Assembly: GCA_964016885.1 (NCBI GenBank)
Contig: OZ024745.1
Coordinates: forward strand, 82,150,001-82,214,000
From: Eledone cirrhosa
Lineage: Eukaryota
Length of the DNA: 64,000 nucleotides
Reading direction: 5' to 3'
Shown: positions 15,300-30,857 of the stretch, one piece after another
How positions within the stretch are numbered: position 1 is the first letter of the stretch
Layout of the letters: each line of letters opens with the position of its first letter
The notes under the pieces: generated by a model
Seen by the model: only the letters and a program-made list of their open reading frames with translations
Told to the model about the DNA's origin: nothing
The model's database searches: none
Program-made: the position numbers and the translations under genes

Positions 15300-18200
15300 C
15301 CAAATTGATAACATATTCCCACAAAATTGATAATTCACTCACACCAAATTGATAACATATTCCCACAAAATTAATAATTCACTCACACCAAGTTGATAAC
15401 ATATTCCCACAAAATTGATTATTCACTCATAGCAATTTGATAACATATTCCCACAAAATTAATAATTCACTCACACCAAATTAATAACTTATTCCCATAA
15501 AATTTATAATTCACTCGCACCAAATTGATAACGTATTCCCACAAAATTAATAATTCACGCACACCAAATTGATAACATATTCCCACAAAATTAATAATCC
15601 ACTCACACTAAATTGATAACATATTCCCACAAAATTAATAATCCACTCACACCAAATTGATAACATATTCCCACAAAATTAATAATCCACTCACACCAAA
15701 TTGATAAAATATTCCCACAAAATTAGTAATTCACTCACACCAAATTGATAACATATTCCCATGAAACTGATAATTCAATCACACACAATTGATAACAGAT
15801 TTTCACAAAATTAATAATTCACTCACACCCAATTGATAACTTATTCCCAGAAAATTAATAATCCACTCACACCAAATTGATAACTTATTCCCATAAAATT
15901 AATAATTCACTCACACCAAATTGATAACATATTCCCACAAAATTAATAATCCACTCACACCAAATTGATAACATATTACCACAAAATTAATAATCCTCTC
16001 ACACCAAAATGATAACGTATTCCCACAAAATTAATAATCCACTCACACCAAATTCATAACTTATTCCCACAAAATTGATAATTCACTCACACGAAATTGA
16101 TAACATATTCCCACAAACTTGATAATTCACTCGCACCAAATTGATAACATATTCCCACAAAATTAATAATCGACTCACAGCAAATTGATAACATATTCCC
16201 ACAAAATTAATAATACACTCACACCCAATTGATAACATATTCCCACAAAATTAATAATTCACTCACACCAAATTGATAACATATTCCCACAAAATTGATT
16301 ATTCACTCTTACCAAATTTATAACACATTCCCATTAAACTGATAATTCACTCGCACTAAATTGATAACATATTCCCACAAAATTGATAATGCTCTCACAC
16401 CAAATTGATAACATATTCCCACAGAATTAATAATCCACTCACACCAAATTGATAACTTATTCCCACAAAATTGATAATTCAATCACACCCAATTGATAAC
16501 ATATTCCCACAAATTTGATAATTCACTCGCACCAAATTGATAACATATTCCCATAAAATTTATAATTCACTCGCACCAAATTGATAACGTATTCCCAGAA
16601 AATTAATAATTCACTCACACCAAATTGATAACATATCCCCATTAAACTGATAATTCAATCACACACAATTGATAACATATTCCCACAAAATTAATAATTC
16701 ACTCGCACCAAATTGATAACATATTCCCACAAAATTAATAATCGACTCACAGCAAATTGATAACATATTCCCACAAAATTGATATTTCACTCACACCAAA
16801 TTGATGACATATTCCCATAATATTTATAATTAACTCGCACCAAATTAATAACGTATTCCCACAAAATTAATAATTCACGCACACCAAATTGATAACATTC
16901 CCACAAAATTAATAATCCACTCGCACCAAATTGATAACATATTCCCACAAAATTAATAATCCACTCACACCAAATTGATAACATATTCCCACAAAATTAA
17001 TAATCCACTCACACCAAATTGATAACATATTCCCACAAAATTGATAATTCACTCACACCAAATTGATAACATATTCCCACAAAATTAATAATTCACTCAC
17101 ACCAAATTGATAACATATTCCCACAAAATTGATTATTCACTCATAGCAATTTGATAACATATTCCCACAAAATTAATAATTCACTCACACCAAATTGATA
17201 ACTTATTCCCATAAAATTTATAATTCACTCGCACCACATTGATAACGTATTCCCACAAAATTAATAATTCACGCACACCAAATTGATAACATATTCCCAC
17301 AAAATTAATAATCCACTCACACTAAATTGATAACATATTCCCACAAAATTAATAATCCACTCACACCAAATTGATAACATATTCCCACAAAATTAATAAT
17401 CCACTCACACCAAATTGATAACATATTCCCACAAAATTAGTAATTCACTCACACCAAATTGATAACATATTCCCATGAAACTGATAATTCAATCACACAC
17501 AATTGATAACAGATTTCCACAAAATTAATAATTCACTCACACCCAATTGATAACTTATTCCCAGAAAATTAATAATCCACTCACACCAAATTGATAACTT
17601 ATTCCCATAAAATTAATAATTCACTCACACCAAATTGATAACATATTCCCACAAAATTAATAATCCACTCACACCAAATTGATAACATATTACCACAAAA
17701 TTAATAATCCTCTCACACCAAAATGATAACGTATTTCCAGAATATTAATAATCCACTCACACCAAATTCATAACTTATTCCCACAAAATTGATAATTCAC
17801 TCACACGAAATTGATAACATATTCCCACAAAATTGATAATTCACACGCACCAAATTGATAACATATTCCCACAAAATTAATAATCGACTCACAGCAAATT
17901 GATAACATATTCCCACAAAATTAATAATCCACTGACACCCAATTGATAACATATTCCCACAAAATTAATAATTCACTCACACCCAATTGATAACTTATTC
18001 CCAGAAAATTAATAATCCACTCACACCAAATTGATAACTTATTCCCATAAAATTAATAATTCACTCACACCAAATTGATAACATATTCCCACAAAATTGA
18101 TTATTCACTCTTACCAAATTTATAACACATTCCCATTAAACTGATAATTCACTCGCACTAAATTGATAACATATTCCCACAAAATTGATAATGCTCTCAC

Positions 18201-20300
18201 ACCAAATTGATAACATATTCCCACAGAATTAATAATCCACTCACACCAAATTGATTACTTATTCCCACAAAATTGATAATTCAATCACACCCAATTGATA
18301 ACATATTCCCACAAATTTGATAATTCACTCGCACCAAATTGATAACATATTCCCATAAAATTTATAATTCACTCGCACCAAATTGATAACGTATTCCCAG
18401 AAAATTAATAATTCACTCACACCAAATTGATAACATATCCCCATTAAACTGATAATTCAATCACACACAATTGATAACATATTCCCACAAAATTAATAAT
18501 CCACTCACACCCAATTGATAACTTATTCCCAGAAAATTAATAATCCACTCACACCAAATTGATAACATATTCCCACAAAATTCATAATTCACTCACACCA
18601 AATTGATAACTTATTCCCATAAAATTAATAATTCACTCACACCAAATTGATAACATATCTCCACAAAATAGATAATTCACTCGCACCAAATTGATAACAT
18701 ATTCCCACAAAATTAATAATCGTCTCACAGCAAATTGATAACATATTCCCACAAAATTGATATTTCACTCACACCAAATTGATGACATATTCCCATAATA
18801 ATTATAATTAACTCGCACCAAATTAATAACGTATTCCCACAAAATTAATAATTCACGCACACCAAATTGATAACATTCCCACAAAATTAATAATCCACTC
18901 GCACCAAATTGATAACATATTCCCACAAAATTAATAATCCACTCACTCCAAATTGATAACATATTCCCACAAAATTAATAATCCACTCACACCAAATTGA
19001 TAACATATTCCCACAAAATTGATAATTCACTCACACCAAATTGATAACAGATTCCCACAAAATTAATAATTCACTCACACCAAATTGATAACATATTCCC
19101 ACAAAATTGATTATTCACTCATAGCAATTTGATAACATATTCCCACAAAATTAATAATTCACTCACACCAAATTGATAACTTATTCCCATAAAATTTATA
19201 ATTCACTCGCACCAAATTGATAACGTATTCCCACAAAATTAATAATTCACGCACACCAAATTGATAACATATTCCCACAAAATTAATAATCCACTCACAC
19301 TAAATTGATAACATATTCCCACAAAATTAATAATCCACTCACACCAAATTGATAACATATTCCCACAAAATTAATAATCCACTCACACCAAATTGATAAC
19401 ATATTCCCACAAAATTAGTAAATCACTCACACCAAATTGATAACATATTCCCATGAAACTGATAATTCAATCACACACAATTGATAACAGATTTCCACAA
19501 AATTAATAATTCACTGTCACCCAATTGATAACTTATTCCCAGAAAGTTAATAATCCACTCACACCAAATTGATAACTTATTCCCATAAAATTAATAATTC
19601 ACTCACACCAAATTGATAACATATTCCCACAAAATTAATAATCCACTCACACCAAATTGATAACATATTACCACAAAATTAATAATCCTCTCACACCAAA
19701 ATGATAACGTATTCCCAGAATATTAATAATCCACTCACACCAAATTCATAACTTATTCCCACAAAATTGATAATTCACTCACACGAAATTGATAACATAT
19801 TCCCACAAAATTGATAATTCACTCGCACCAAATTGATAACATATTCCCACAAAATTAATAATCCACTCACACCCAATTGATAACATATTCCCACAAAATT
19901 AATAATTCACTCACACCAAATTGATAACATATTCCCACAAAATTGATTATTCACTCTTACCAAATTTATAACACATTCCCATTAAACTGATAATTCACTC
20001 GCACTAAATTGATAACATATTCCCACAAAATTGATAATGCTCTCACACCAAATTGATAACATATTCCCACAGAATTAATAATCCACTCACACCAAATTGA
20101 TAACTTATTCCCACAAAATTGATAATTCAATCACACCCAATTGATAACATATTCCCACAAATTTGATAATTCACTCGCACCAAATTGATAACATATTCCC
20201 ATAAAATTTATAATTCACTCGCACCAAATTGATAACGTATTCCCAGAAAATTAATAATTTACTCACACCAAATTTCTAACATATCCCCATTAAACTGATA
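15300..20300 (+). repeat. Three related tandem blocks of ~39-45 monomers (periods 1714 and 1978 bp)
   Basis: ATGAAACTGATAATTCAATC at 15761, 17475, 19453; CACCAAAATGATAAC at ~16002, ~17716, ~19694; near-identical ORF translations at 16787 and 18765 (offset 1978 = 45 x 44 - 2). Confidence 0.82.
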
Positions 20301-23300
20301 ATTCAATCACACCAAATTGATAACTTATTCCCACAAAATTAATAATCGACTCACAGCAAATTGATAACATATTCCCACAAAATTAATAATCCACTCACAC
20401 TAAATTGATAACGTATTCCCACAAAATTAATAATCCACTCACACCAAATTGATAACATATTCCCACAAAATTAATAATTCACTCACAACAAATTGATAAC
20501 TTATTTCCACAAAATTGATATTTCACTCACACCAAATTGATGACATATTCCCATAATATTTATAATTAACTCGCACCAAATTAATAACGTATTCCCACAA
20601 AATTAATAATTTACGCACACCAAATTGATAACATTCCCACAAAATTAATAATCCACTCGCACCAAATTGATAACATATTCCCACAAAATTAATAATCCAC
20701 TCACACCAAATTGATAACATATTCCCATAAAATTAATAATCCACTCACACCAAATTGATAACGTATTCTCACAAAATTGATAATTCACTCACACGAAATT
20801 GATAACATATTACCACAAAATTGATAATTCACTCACACCAAATTGATAACTTATTCCCATAAAATTAATAATTCACTCACACCAAATTGATAACATATTC
20901 CCACAAAATTAATAATCCACTCACACCAAATTGATAACATATTACCACAAAATTAATAATCCTCTCACACCAAATTGATAACGTATTCCCACAAAATTAA
21001 TAATTCACTCACACCAAATCGATAACATATTCCCACAAAATTAATAATTCACTCACACCAAATTGATAACATATTCCCACAAAATTGATTATTCACTCTT
21101 ACCAAATTGATAACACATTCCCATTAAACTGATAATTCACTCGCACGAAATTGATAACATATTCCCACAAAATTGATAATCCTCTCACACCAAATTGCTA
21201 ACATATTCCCACAAAATTAATAATTCACTCACACCAAATTGATAACTTATTCCCACAAAATTGATAATTCACTCACACCAAATTGATAACATATTCCCAC
21301 AAGATTAATAATCGACTCACAGCAAATTGATAACATATTCCCACAAAATTAATAATCCCCTCACACCAAATTGAAAACGTATTCCCACAAAATTAATAAT
21401 TCACTCACACCAAATTGATAACTTATTCCCACAAAATTGATAATTCAATCACACCCAATTGATAACATATTCCCACAAATTTGATAATTCACTCGCACCA
21501 AATTGATAACATATTCCCATAAAATTTATAATTCACTCGCACCAAATTGATAACGTATTCCCAGAAAATTAATAATTCACTCACACCAAATTGATAACAT
21601 ATCCCCATTAAACTGATACTTCAATCACACACAATTGATAACATATTCCCACAAAATTAATAATCCACTCACACCCAATTGATAACTTATTCCCAGAAAA
21701 TTAATAATCCACTCACACCAAATTGATAACATATTCCCGCAAAATTGATAATTCACTCACACCAAATTGATAACTTATTCCCATAAAATTAATAATTCAC
21801 TCACACCAAATTGATAACATATTTCCACAAAATTGATAATTCACTTGCACCAAATGGATAACATATTCCCACAAAATTAATAATCGACTCACAGCAAATT
21901 GATAACATATTCCCACAAAATTAATAATCCACTCACACTAAATTGATAACGTATTGCCACAAAATTAATAATCCACTCACACCAAATTGATAACATATTC
22001 CCACAAAATTGATTATTCACTCTTACCAAATTGATAACACATTCCCATTAAACTGATAATACACTCCCACTAAATCGATAACATATTACCACAAAATTGA
22101 TAATGCTCTCACACCAAATTGATAACATATTCCCACAAAATTAATAATTCACTCACAACAAATTGATAACTTATTCCCACAAAATTGATAATTCAATCAC
22201 ACCCAATTGATAACATATTCCCACAGCATTGATAATTCACTCGCACCAAATTGATAACATATTCCCACAAATTTAATAATTCACTCACACCAAATTGATG
22301 ACATATTCCCATAATATTTATAATTAACTCGCACCAAATTAATAAGGTATTCCCACAAAATTAATAATTCACGCACACCAAATTGATAACGTTCCCACCA
22401 AATTAATAATCCTCTCGTACCAAATTGATAACAATTCCCACAAAATTAATAATCCACTCACACCAAATTGATAACATATTCCCACAAAATTAATAATCCA
22501 CTCACACCAAATTGATAACATATTCCCACAAAATTAATAATCCACTCACACCAAATTGATAACATTCCCACAAAATTAATAATCCACTCACACCAAATTG
22601 ATAACATATTCCCACAAAATTAATAATCCACTCACACCAAATTGATAACATATTCCCAGAAAATTAGTAATTCACTCACACCAAATTGATAACATATTCC
22701 CAATAAACAGATAATTCAATCACACGAAATTGATAACATATTCCCACAAAATTGATAATTCACTCACACGAAGTTGATAACATATTCCCAGAAAATTAGT
22801 AATTCACTCACACCAAATTGATAACATATTCCCAATAAACAGATAATTCAATCACACGAAATTGATAACATATTCCCACAAAATTGATAATTCACTCACA
22901 CCAAATTGATAACATATTCCCATAAAATTTATAATTCACTCACACCAAATTGATAACATATCCCCATTAAACTGATACTTCAATCACACACAATTGATAA
23001 CAAATTCCCACAAAATTAATAATCCACTCACACCCAATTGATAACTTATTCCCAGAAAATTAATAATCCACTCACACCAAATTGATAACATATTCCCGCA
23101 AAATTGATAATTCACTCACACCAAATTGATAACTTATTCCCATAAAATTAATAATTCACTCACACCAAATTGATAACATATTTCCACAAAATTGATAATT
23201 CACTTGCACCAAAATGGATAACATATTCCCACAAAATTAATAATCGACTCACAGCAAATTGATAACATATTCCCACAAAAGTAATAATCCACTCACACTA

Positions 23301-26300
23301 AATTGATAACGTATTGCCACAAAATTAATAATCCACTCACACCAAATTGATAACATATTCCCACAAAATTGATTATTCACTCTTACCAAATTGATAACAC
23401 ATTCCCATTAAACTGATAATTCACTCCCACTAAATTGATAACATATTCCCACAAAATTGATAATACTCTCACACCAAATTGATAACATATTCCCACAAAA
23501 TTAATAATTCACTCACAACAAATTGATAACATATTCCCACAAAATTAATAATCCCCTCACACCAAATTGATAACATATTCCCAGAAAATTAGTAATTCAC
23601 TCACACCAAATTGATAACATATTCCCAATAAACAGATAATTCAATCACACGAAATTGATAACATATTCCCACAAAATTGATAATTCACTCACACGAAGTT
23701 GATAACATATTCCCACAAAATTAATAATTCACTCACACCAAATTGATAACATATTCCCACAAAATTGATTATTCACTCATACCAATTTGATAACATATTC
23801 CCACAAAATTAATAATTCACTCACACCAAATTGATAACATATTCCCATAAAATTTATAATTCACTCGCACCAAATTGATAACGTATTCCCAGAAAATTAA
23901 TAATTCACTCACACCAAATTGATAACATATCCCCATTAAACTGATACTTCAATCACACACAATTGATAACATATTCCCACACAATTAATAATCCACTCAC
24001 ACCCAATTGATAACTTATTCCCAGAAAATTAATAATCCACTCACACCAAATTGATAACATATTCCCGCAAAATTGATAATTCACTCACACCAAATTGATA
24101 ACTTATTCCGATAAAATTAATTATTCACTCACACCAAATTGATAACATATTTCCACAAAATTGATAATTCACTTGCACCAAATGGATAACATATTCCCAC
24201 AAAATCAATAATCGACTCACAGCAAATTGATAACATATTCCCACAAAATTAATAATCCACTCACACTAAATTGATAACGTATTCCCACAAAATTAATAAT
24301 CCACTCACACCAAATTGATAACATATTCCCACAAAATTAATAATTCACTCACAACAAATTGATAACTTATTTCCACAAAATTGATATTTCACTCACACCA
24401 AATTGATGACATATTCCCATAATATTTATAATTAACTCGCACCAAATTAATAACGTATTCCCACAAAATTAATAATTCACGCACACCAAATTGATAACAT
24501 TCCCACAAAATTAATAATCCACTCGCACCAAATTGATAACATATTCCCACAAAATTAATAATCCACTCACACCAAATTGATAACATATTCCCATAAAATT
24601 AATAATCCACTCACACCAAATTGATAACGTATTCTCACAAAATTGATAATTCACTCACACGAAATTGATAACATATTACCACTAAATTGATAATTCACTC
24701 ACACCAAATTGATAAATTATTCCCATAAAATTAATAATTCACTCACACCAAATTGATAACATAATCCCACAAAATTAATAATCCACTCACACCAAATTGA
24801 TAACATATTACCACAAAATTAATAATCCTCTCACACCAAATTGATAACGTATTCCCACAAAATTAATAATTCACTCACACCAAATCGATAACATATTCCC
24901 ACAAAATTAATAATTCACTCACACCAAATTGATAACATATTCCCACAAAATTAATAATCGACTCACAGCAAATTGATAACATATTCCCACAAAATTAATA
25001 ATCCCCTCACACCAAATTGATAAAGTATTCCCACAAAATTAATAATCCACTCACACCAAATTGATAACATATTCCCACAAAATTGATAATTCACTCACAC
25101 CAAATTGATAACACATTCCCATTAAACTGATAATTCACTCGCACGAAATTGATAACATATTTCCACAAAATTGATAATGCTCTCACACCAAATTGCTAAC
25201 ATATTCCCACAAAATTAATAATTCACTCACACCAAATTGATAACTTATTCCCACAAAATTGATAATTCACTCACACCAAATTGATAACATATTCCCACAA
25301 AATTAATAATCGACTCACAGCAAATTGATAACATATTCCCACAAAATTAATAATCCCCTCACACCAAATTGATAAAGTATTCCCACAAAATTAATAATCC
25401 ACTCACACCAAATTGATGACATATTCCCACAAAATTGATAATTCACTCACACCAAATTGATAACATATTCCCACAAAATTAATAATTCACTCACACCAAA
25501 TTGATAACATATTCCCACAAAATTAATAATCCCCTCACACCAAATTGATAACGTATTCCCACAAAATTAATAATCCACTCACACCAAATTGATAACATAT
25601 TCCCACAAAATTGATAATTCACTCACACCAAATTGATAACATATTCCCACAAAATTAATAATTCACTCACACCAAATTGATAACATATTCCCACAAAATT
25701 GATTATTCACTCATAGCAATTTGATACATATTCCACAAAATTAATAATTCACTCACACCAAATTGATAACTTATTCCCATAAAATTTATAATTCACTCGC
25801 ACCAAATTGATAACTTATTCCCACAAAATTAATAATTCACGCACACCAAATTGATAACATATTCCCACAGCATTGATAATCCACTCACACTAAATTGATA
25901 ACATATTCCCACAAAATTAATAATCCACTCACACCAAATTGATAACATATTCCCACAAAATTAGTAATTCACTCACACAATATTGATAACATATTCCCAT
26001 GAAACTGATAATACAATCACACACAACTGATAACAGATTTCCAGAAAATTAATAATTCACTCACACCCAATTGATAACTTATTCCCAGAAAATTAATAAT
26101 CCACTCACACCAAATTGATAACTTATTCCTATAAAATTAATAATTCACTCACACCAAATTGATAACATATTCCCACAAAATTAATAATCCACTCACACCA
26201 AATTGATAACATATTACCACAAAATTAATAATCCTGTCACACCAAATTGATAACATATTCCCATAAAATTTATAATTCACTCGCACCAAATTGATAACGT

Positions 26301-29300
26301 ATTCCCACAAAATTAATAATTCACGCACACCAAATTGATAACATATTCCCACAGCATTGATAATCCACTCACACTAAATTGATAACATATTCCCACAAAA
26401 TTAATAATCGACTCACAGCAAATTGATAACATATTCCCACAAAATTAATAATCCACTCACACCCAATTCATAACATATTCCCACAAAATTAATAATTCAC
26501 TCACACCAAATTGATAACATATTCCCACAAAATTGATTATTCACTCTTACCAAATTGATAACACATTCCCATTAAACTGGAAATTCACTCGCACTAAATT
26601 GATAACATATTCCCACAAAATTGATAATGCTCTCACACCAAATTGATAACATATTCCCACAGAATTAATAATTCACTCACACCAAATTGATAACTTATTC
26701 CCACAAAATTGATAATTCAATCACACCCAATTGATAACATATTCCCACAAACTTGATAATTCACTCGCACCAAATTGATAACATATTCCCACAAAATTAA
26801 TAATTCACTCACACCAAATTGATAACATATTCCCATAAAATTTATAATTCACTCGCACCAAATTGATAACGTATTCCCAGAAAATTAATAATTCACTCAC
26901 ACCAAATTGATAACATATCCCCATTAAACTGATACTTCAATCACACACAATTGATAACATATTCCCACAAAATTAATAATCCACTCACACCCAATTGATA
27001 ACTTATTCCCAGAAAATTAATAATCCACTCACACCAAATTGATAACATATTCCCGCAAAATTGATAATTCACTCACACCAAATTGATAACTTATTCCCAT
27101 AAAATTAATAATTCACTCACACCAAATTGATAACATATTTCCACAAAATAGATAATTCACTTGCACCAAATGGATAACATATTCCCACAAAATTAATAAT
27201 CGACTCACAGCAAATTGATAACATATTCCCACAAAATTAATAATCCACTCACACTAAATTGATAACGTATTGCCACAAAATTAATAATCCACTCACACCA
27301 AATTGATAACATATTCCCACAAAATTGATTATTCACTCTTACCAAATTGATAACACATTCCCATTAAACTGATAATTCACTCCCACTAAATTGATAACAT
27401 ATTCCCACAAAATTGATAATGCTCTCACACCAAATTGATAACATATTACCACAAAATTAATAATTCACTCAAAACAAATTGATAACTTATTCCCACAAAA
27501 TTGATAATTCAATCACACCCAATTGATAACATATTCCCACAGCATTGATAATTCACTCGCACCAAATTGATAACATATTCCCACAAAATTAATAATTCAC
27601 TCACACCAAATGGATGACATATTCCCATAATATTTATAATTAACTCGCACCAAATTAATAAGGTATTCCCACAAAATTAATAATTCACGCACACCAAATT
27701 GATAACGTTCCCACCAAATTAATAATCCTCTCGTACCAAATTGATAACAATTCCTACAAAATTAATAATCCACTCACACCAAATTGATAACATATTCCCA
27801 CAAAATTAATAATCCACTCACACCAAATTGATAACATATTCCCACAAAATTAATAATCCACTCACACCAAATTGATAACATTCCCACAAAATTAATAATC
27901 CACTCACACCAAATTGATAACATATCCCCACAAAATTAATAATCCACTCACACCAAATTGATAACATATTCCCAGAAAATTAGTAATTCACTCACACCAA
28001 ATTGATAACATATTCCCAATAAACAGATAATTCAATCACACGAAATTGATAACATATTACCACAAAATTAATAATCCACTCACACCAAATTGATAACATT
28101 CCCACAAAATTAATAATCCACTCACACCAAATTGATAACATATTCCCACAAAATTAATAATCCACTCACACCAAATTGATAACATATTCCCAGAAAATTA
28201 GAAATTCACTCACACCAAATTGATAACATATTCCCAATAAACAGATAATTCAATCACACGAAAATGATAACATATTCCCACAAAATTGATAATTCACTCA
28301 CACGAAGTTGATAACATATTCCCACAAAATTGATTATTCACTCATACCAATTTGATAACATATTCCCACAAAATTAATAATTCACTCACATCAAATTGAT
28401 AACATATCCCCATAAAATTTATAATTCACTCGCACCAAATTGATAACGTATTCCCAGAAAATTAATAATTCACTCACACCAAATTGATAACATATCCCCA
28501 TTAAACTGATACTTCAATCACACACAATTGATAACATATTCCCACAAAATTAATAATCCACTCACACCCAATTGATAACTTATTCCCAGAAAATTAATAA
28601 TCCACTCACACCAAATTGATAACATATTCCCGCAAAATTGATAATTCACTCACACCAAATTGATAACTTATTCCCATAAAATTGATAATGCTCTCACACC
28701 AAATTGATAACATATTTCCACAAAATTGATAATTCACTTGCACCAAATGGATAACATATTCCCACAAAATTAATAATCCACTCACACTAAATTGATAACG
28801 TATTGCCACAAAATTAATAATCCACTCACACCAAATTAATAACATATTCCCACAAAATTGATTATTCACTCTTACCAAATTGATAACACATTCCCATTAA
28901 ACTGATAATTCACTCCCACTAAATTGATAACATATTCCCACAAAATTGATAATGCTCTCACACCAAATTGATAACATATTCCCACAAAATTAATAATTCA
29001 CTCACAACAAATTGATAACTTATTCCCACAAAATTGATAATTCAATCACACCCAATTGATAACATATTCCCACAGCATTGATAATTCACTCACACCAAAT
29101 TGATGACATATTCCCATAATATTTATAATTAACTCGCACCAAATTAATAACGTATTCCCATAAAATTAATAATTCACTCACACCAAATTGATAACATATT
29201 CCCACAAAATTAATAATCCACTCACACCAACTTGATAACATATTACCACAAAATTAATAATCCTTTTATCACCAAATTGATAACGTATTCTCAGAAAATT

Positions 29301-30857
29301 AATAAACCACTCACACCAAATTGATAACGTATTCCCACAAAATTGATAATTCACTCACACGAAATTGATAACATATTCCCTCAAAATTGATAATTCACTC
29401 ATACGAAATTGATAACATATTCCCACAAAATTAATAATCCACTCACACCAAATTGATAAGGTATTCCCACAAAATTAATAATCCACTCACACCAAATTGA
29501 TAACATATTCCCACAAAATTAATAATTCACTCACACCAAATTGATAACATATTCCCACAAAATTGATTATTCACTCTTACCAAATTGATAACACATTCCC
29601 ATTAAACTGATAATTCACTCGCACTAAATTGATAACATATTCCCACAAAATTGATAATGCTCTCCCACCAAATTGATAACATATTCCCACAAAATTAATA
29701 ATTCACTCACACCAAATTGATAACATATTCCCACTAAATTAATAATCCACTCACACCAAATTGATAACATATTCCCACAAAATTAATAATCCACTCACAC
29801 CAAATTGATAACATATTCCCACAAAATTAATAATCCACTCACACCAAATTGATAACATATTCCCATAAAATTGAGAATTCACTCGCACCAAATTGATAAC
29901 ATATTCCCACAAAATTGATAATGCTCTCACACTAAATTGATAACATATTCCCACGAAATTGATAATTCACTGACACCATATTGATAACATATTCCCACAA
30001 AATTGATAATTCACTCACACCAAATTGATAACATATTCCCACAAAATTAATAATCCACTCACACCAAATTGATAACGTATTCCCACAAAATTAATAATCC
30101 ACTCACACCAAATTGATAACATATTCCCATAAAATTTATAATTCACTCGCACCAAATTGATAACGTATTCCCACAAAATTAATAATTAACGCATACCAAG
30201 TTGATAACATATTCCCACAAAATTAATAATCCACTCACACCAAATTGATAACATATTCCCACAAAATTAATAATCCACTCACACCAAATTGATAACATAT
30301 TCCCACAAAATTAATAATCCACTCACGCCAAATTGATAACATATTCCCATTAAACTGATAATTCAATCACACACAATTGATAACTGATTTCCACAAAATT
30401 AATAATTCACTCACACGAAATTGATAACATATTCTCACTAAATTAATAATCCACTCACATCAAATTGATAACATATTCCCACAAAATTAATAATCCACTC
30501 ACACCCAATTGATAACTTATTCCCAGAAAATTAGTAATCCACTCACACCAAATTGATAACATATTCCCACACAATAGATAATTCACTCACACCAAATTGA
30601 TAACTTATTCCCATATAATTAATAATTCACTCACACCAAATTGATAACATATTCCCACAAAATTAAGAATCCACTCACACCAAATTGATAACATATTACC
30701 ACAAAATTAATAATCCTCTCACACCAAATTGATAACGTATTCTCAGAATATTAATAAACCACTCACACCAAATTGATAACTTATTCCCACAAAATTGATA
30801 ATTCACTCACACGAAATTGATAACATATTCCCACAAAATTGATAATTCACTCATACG

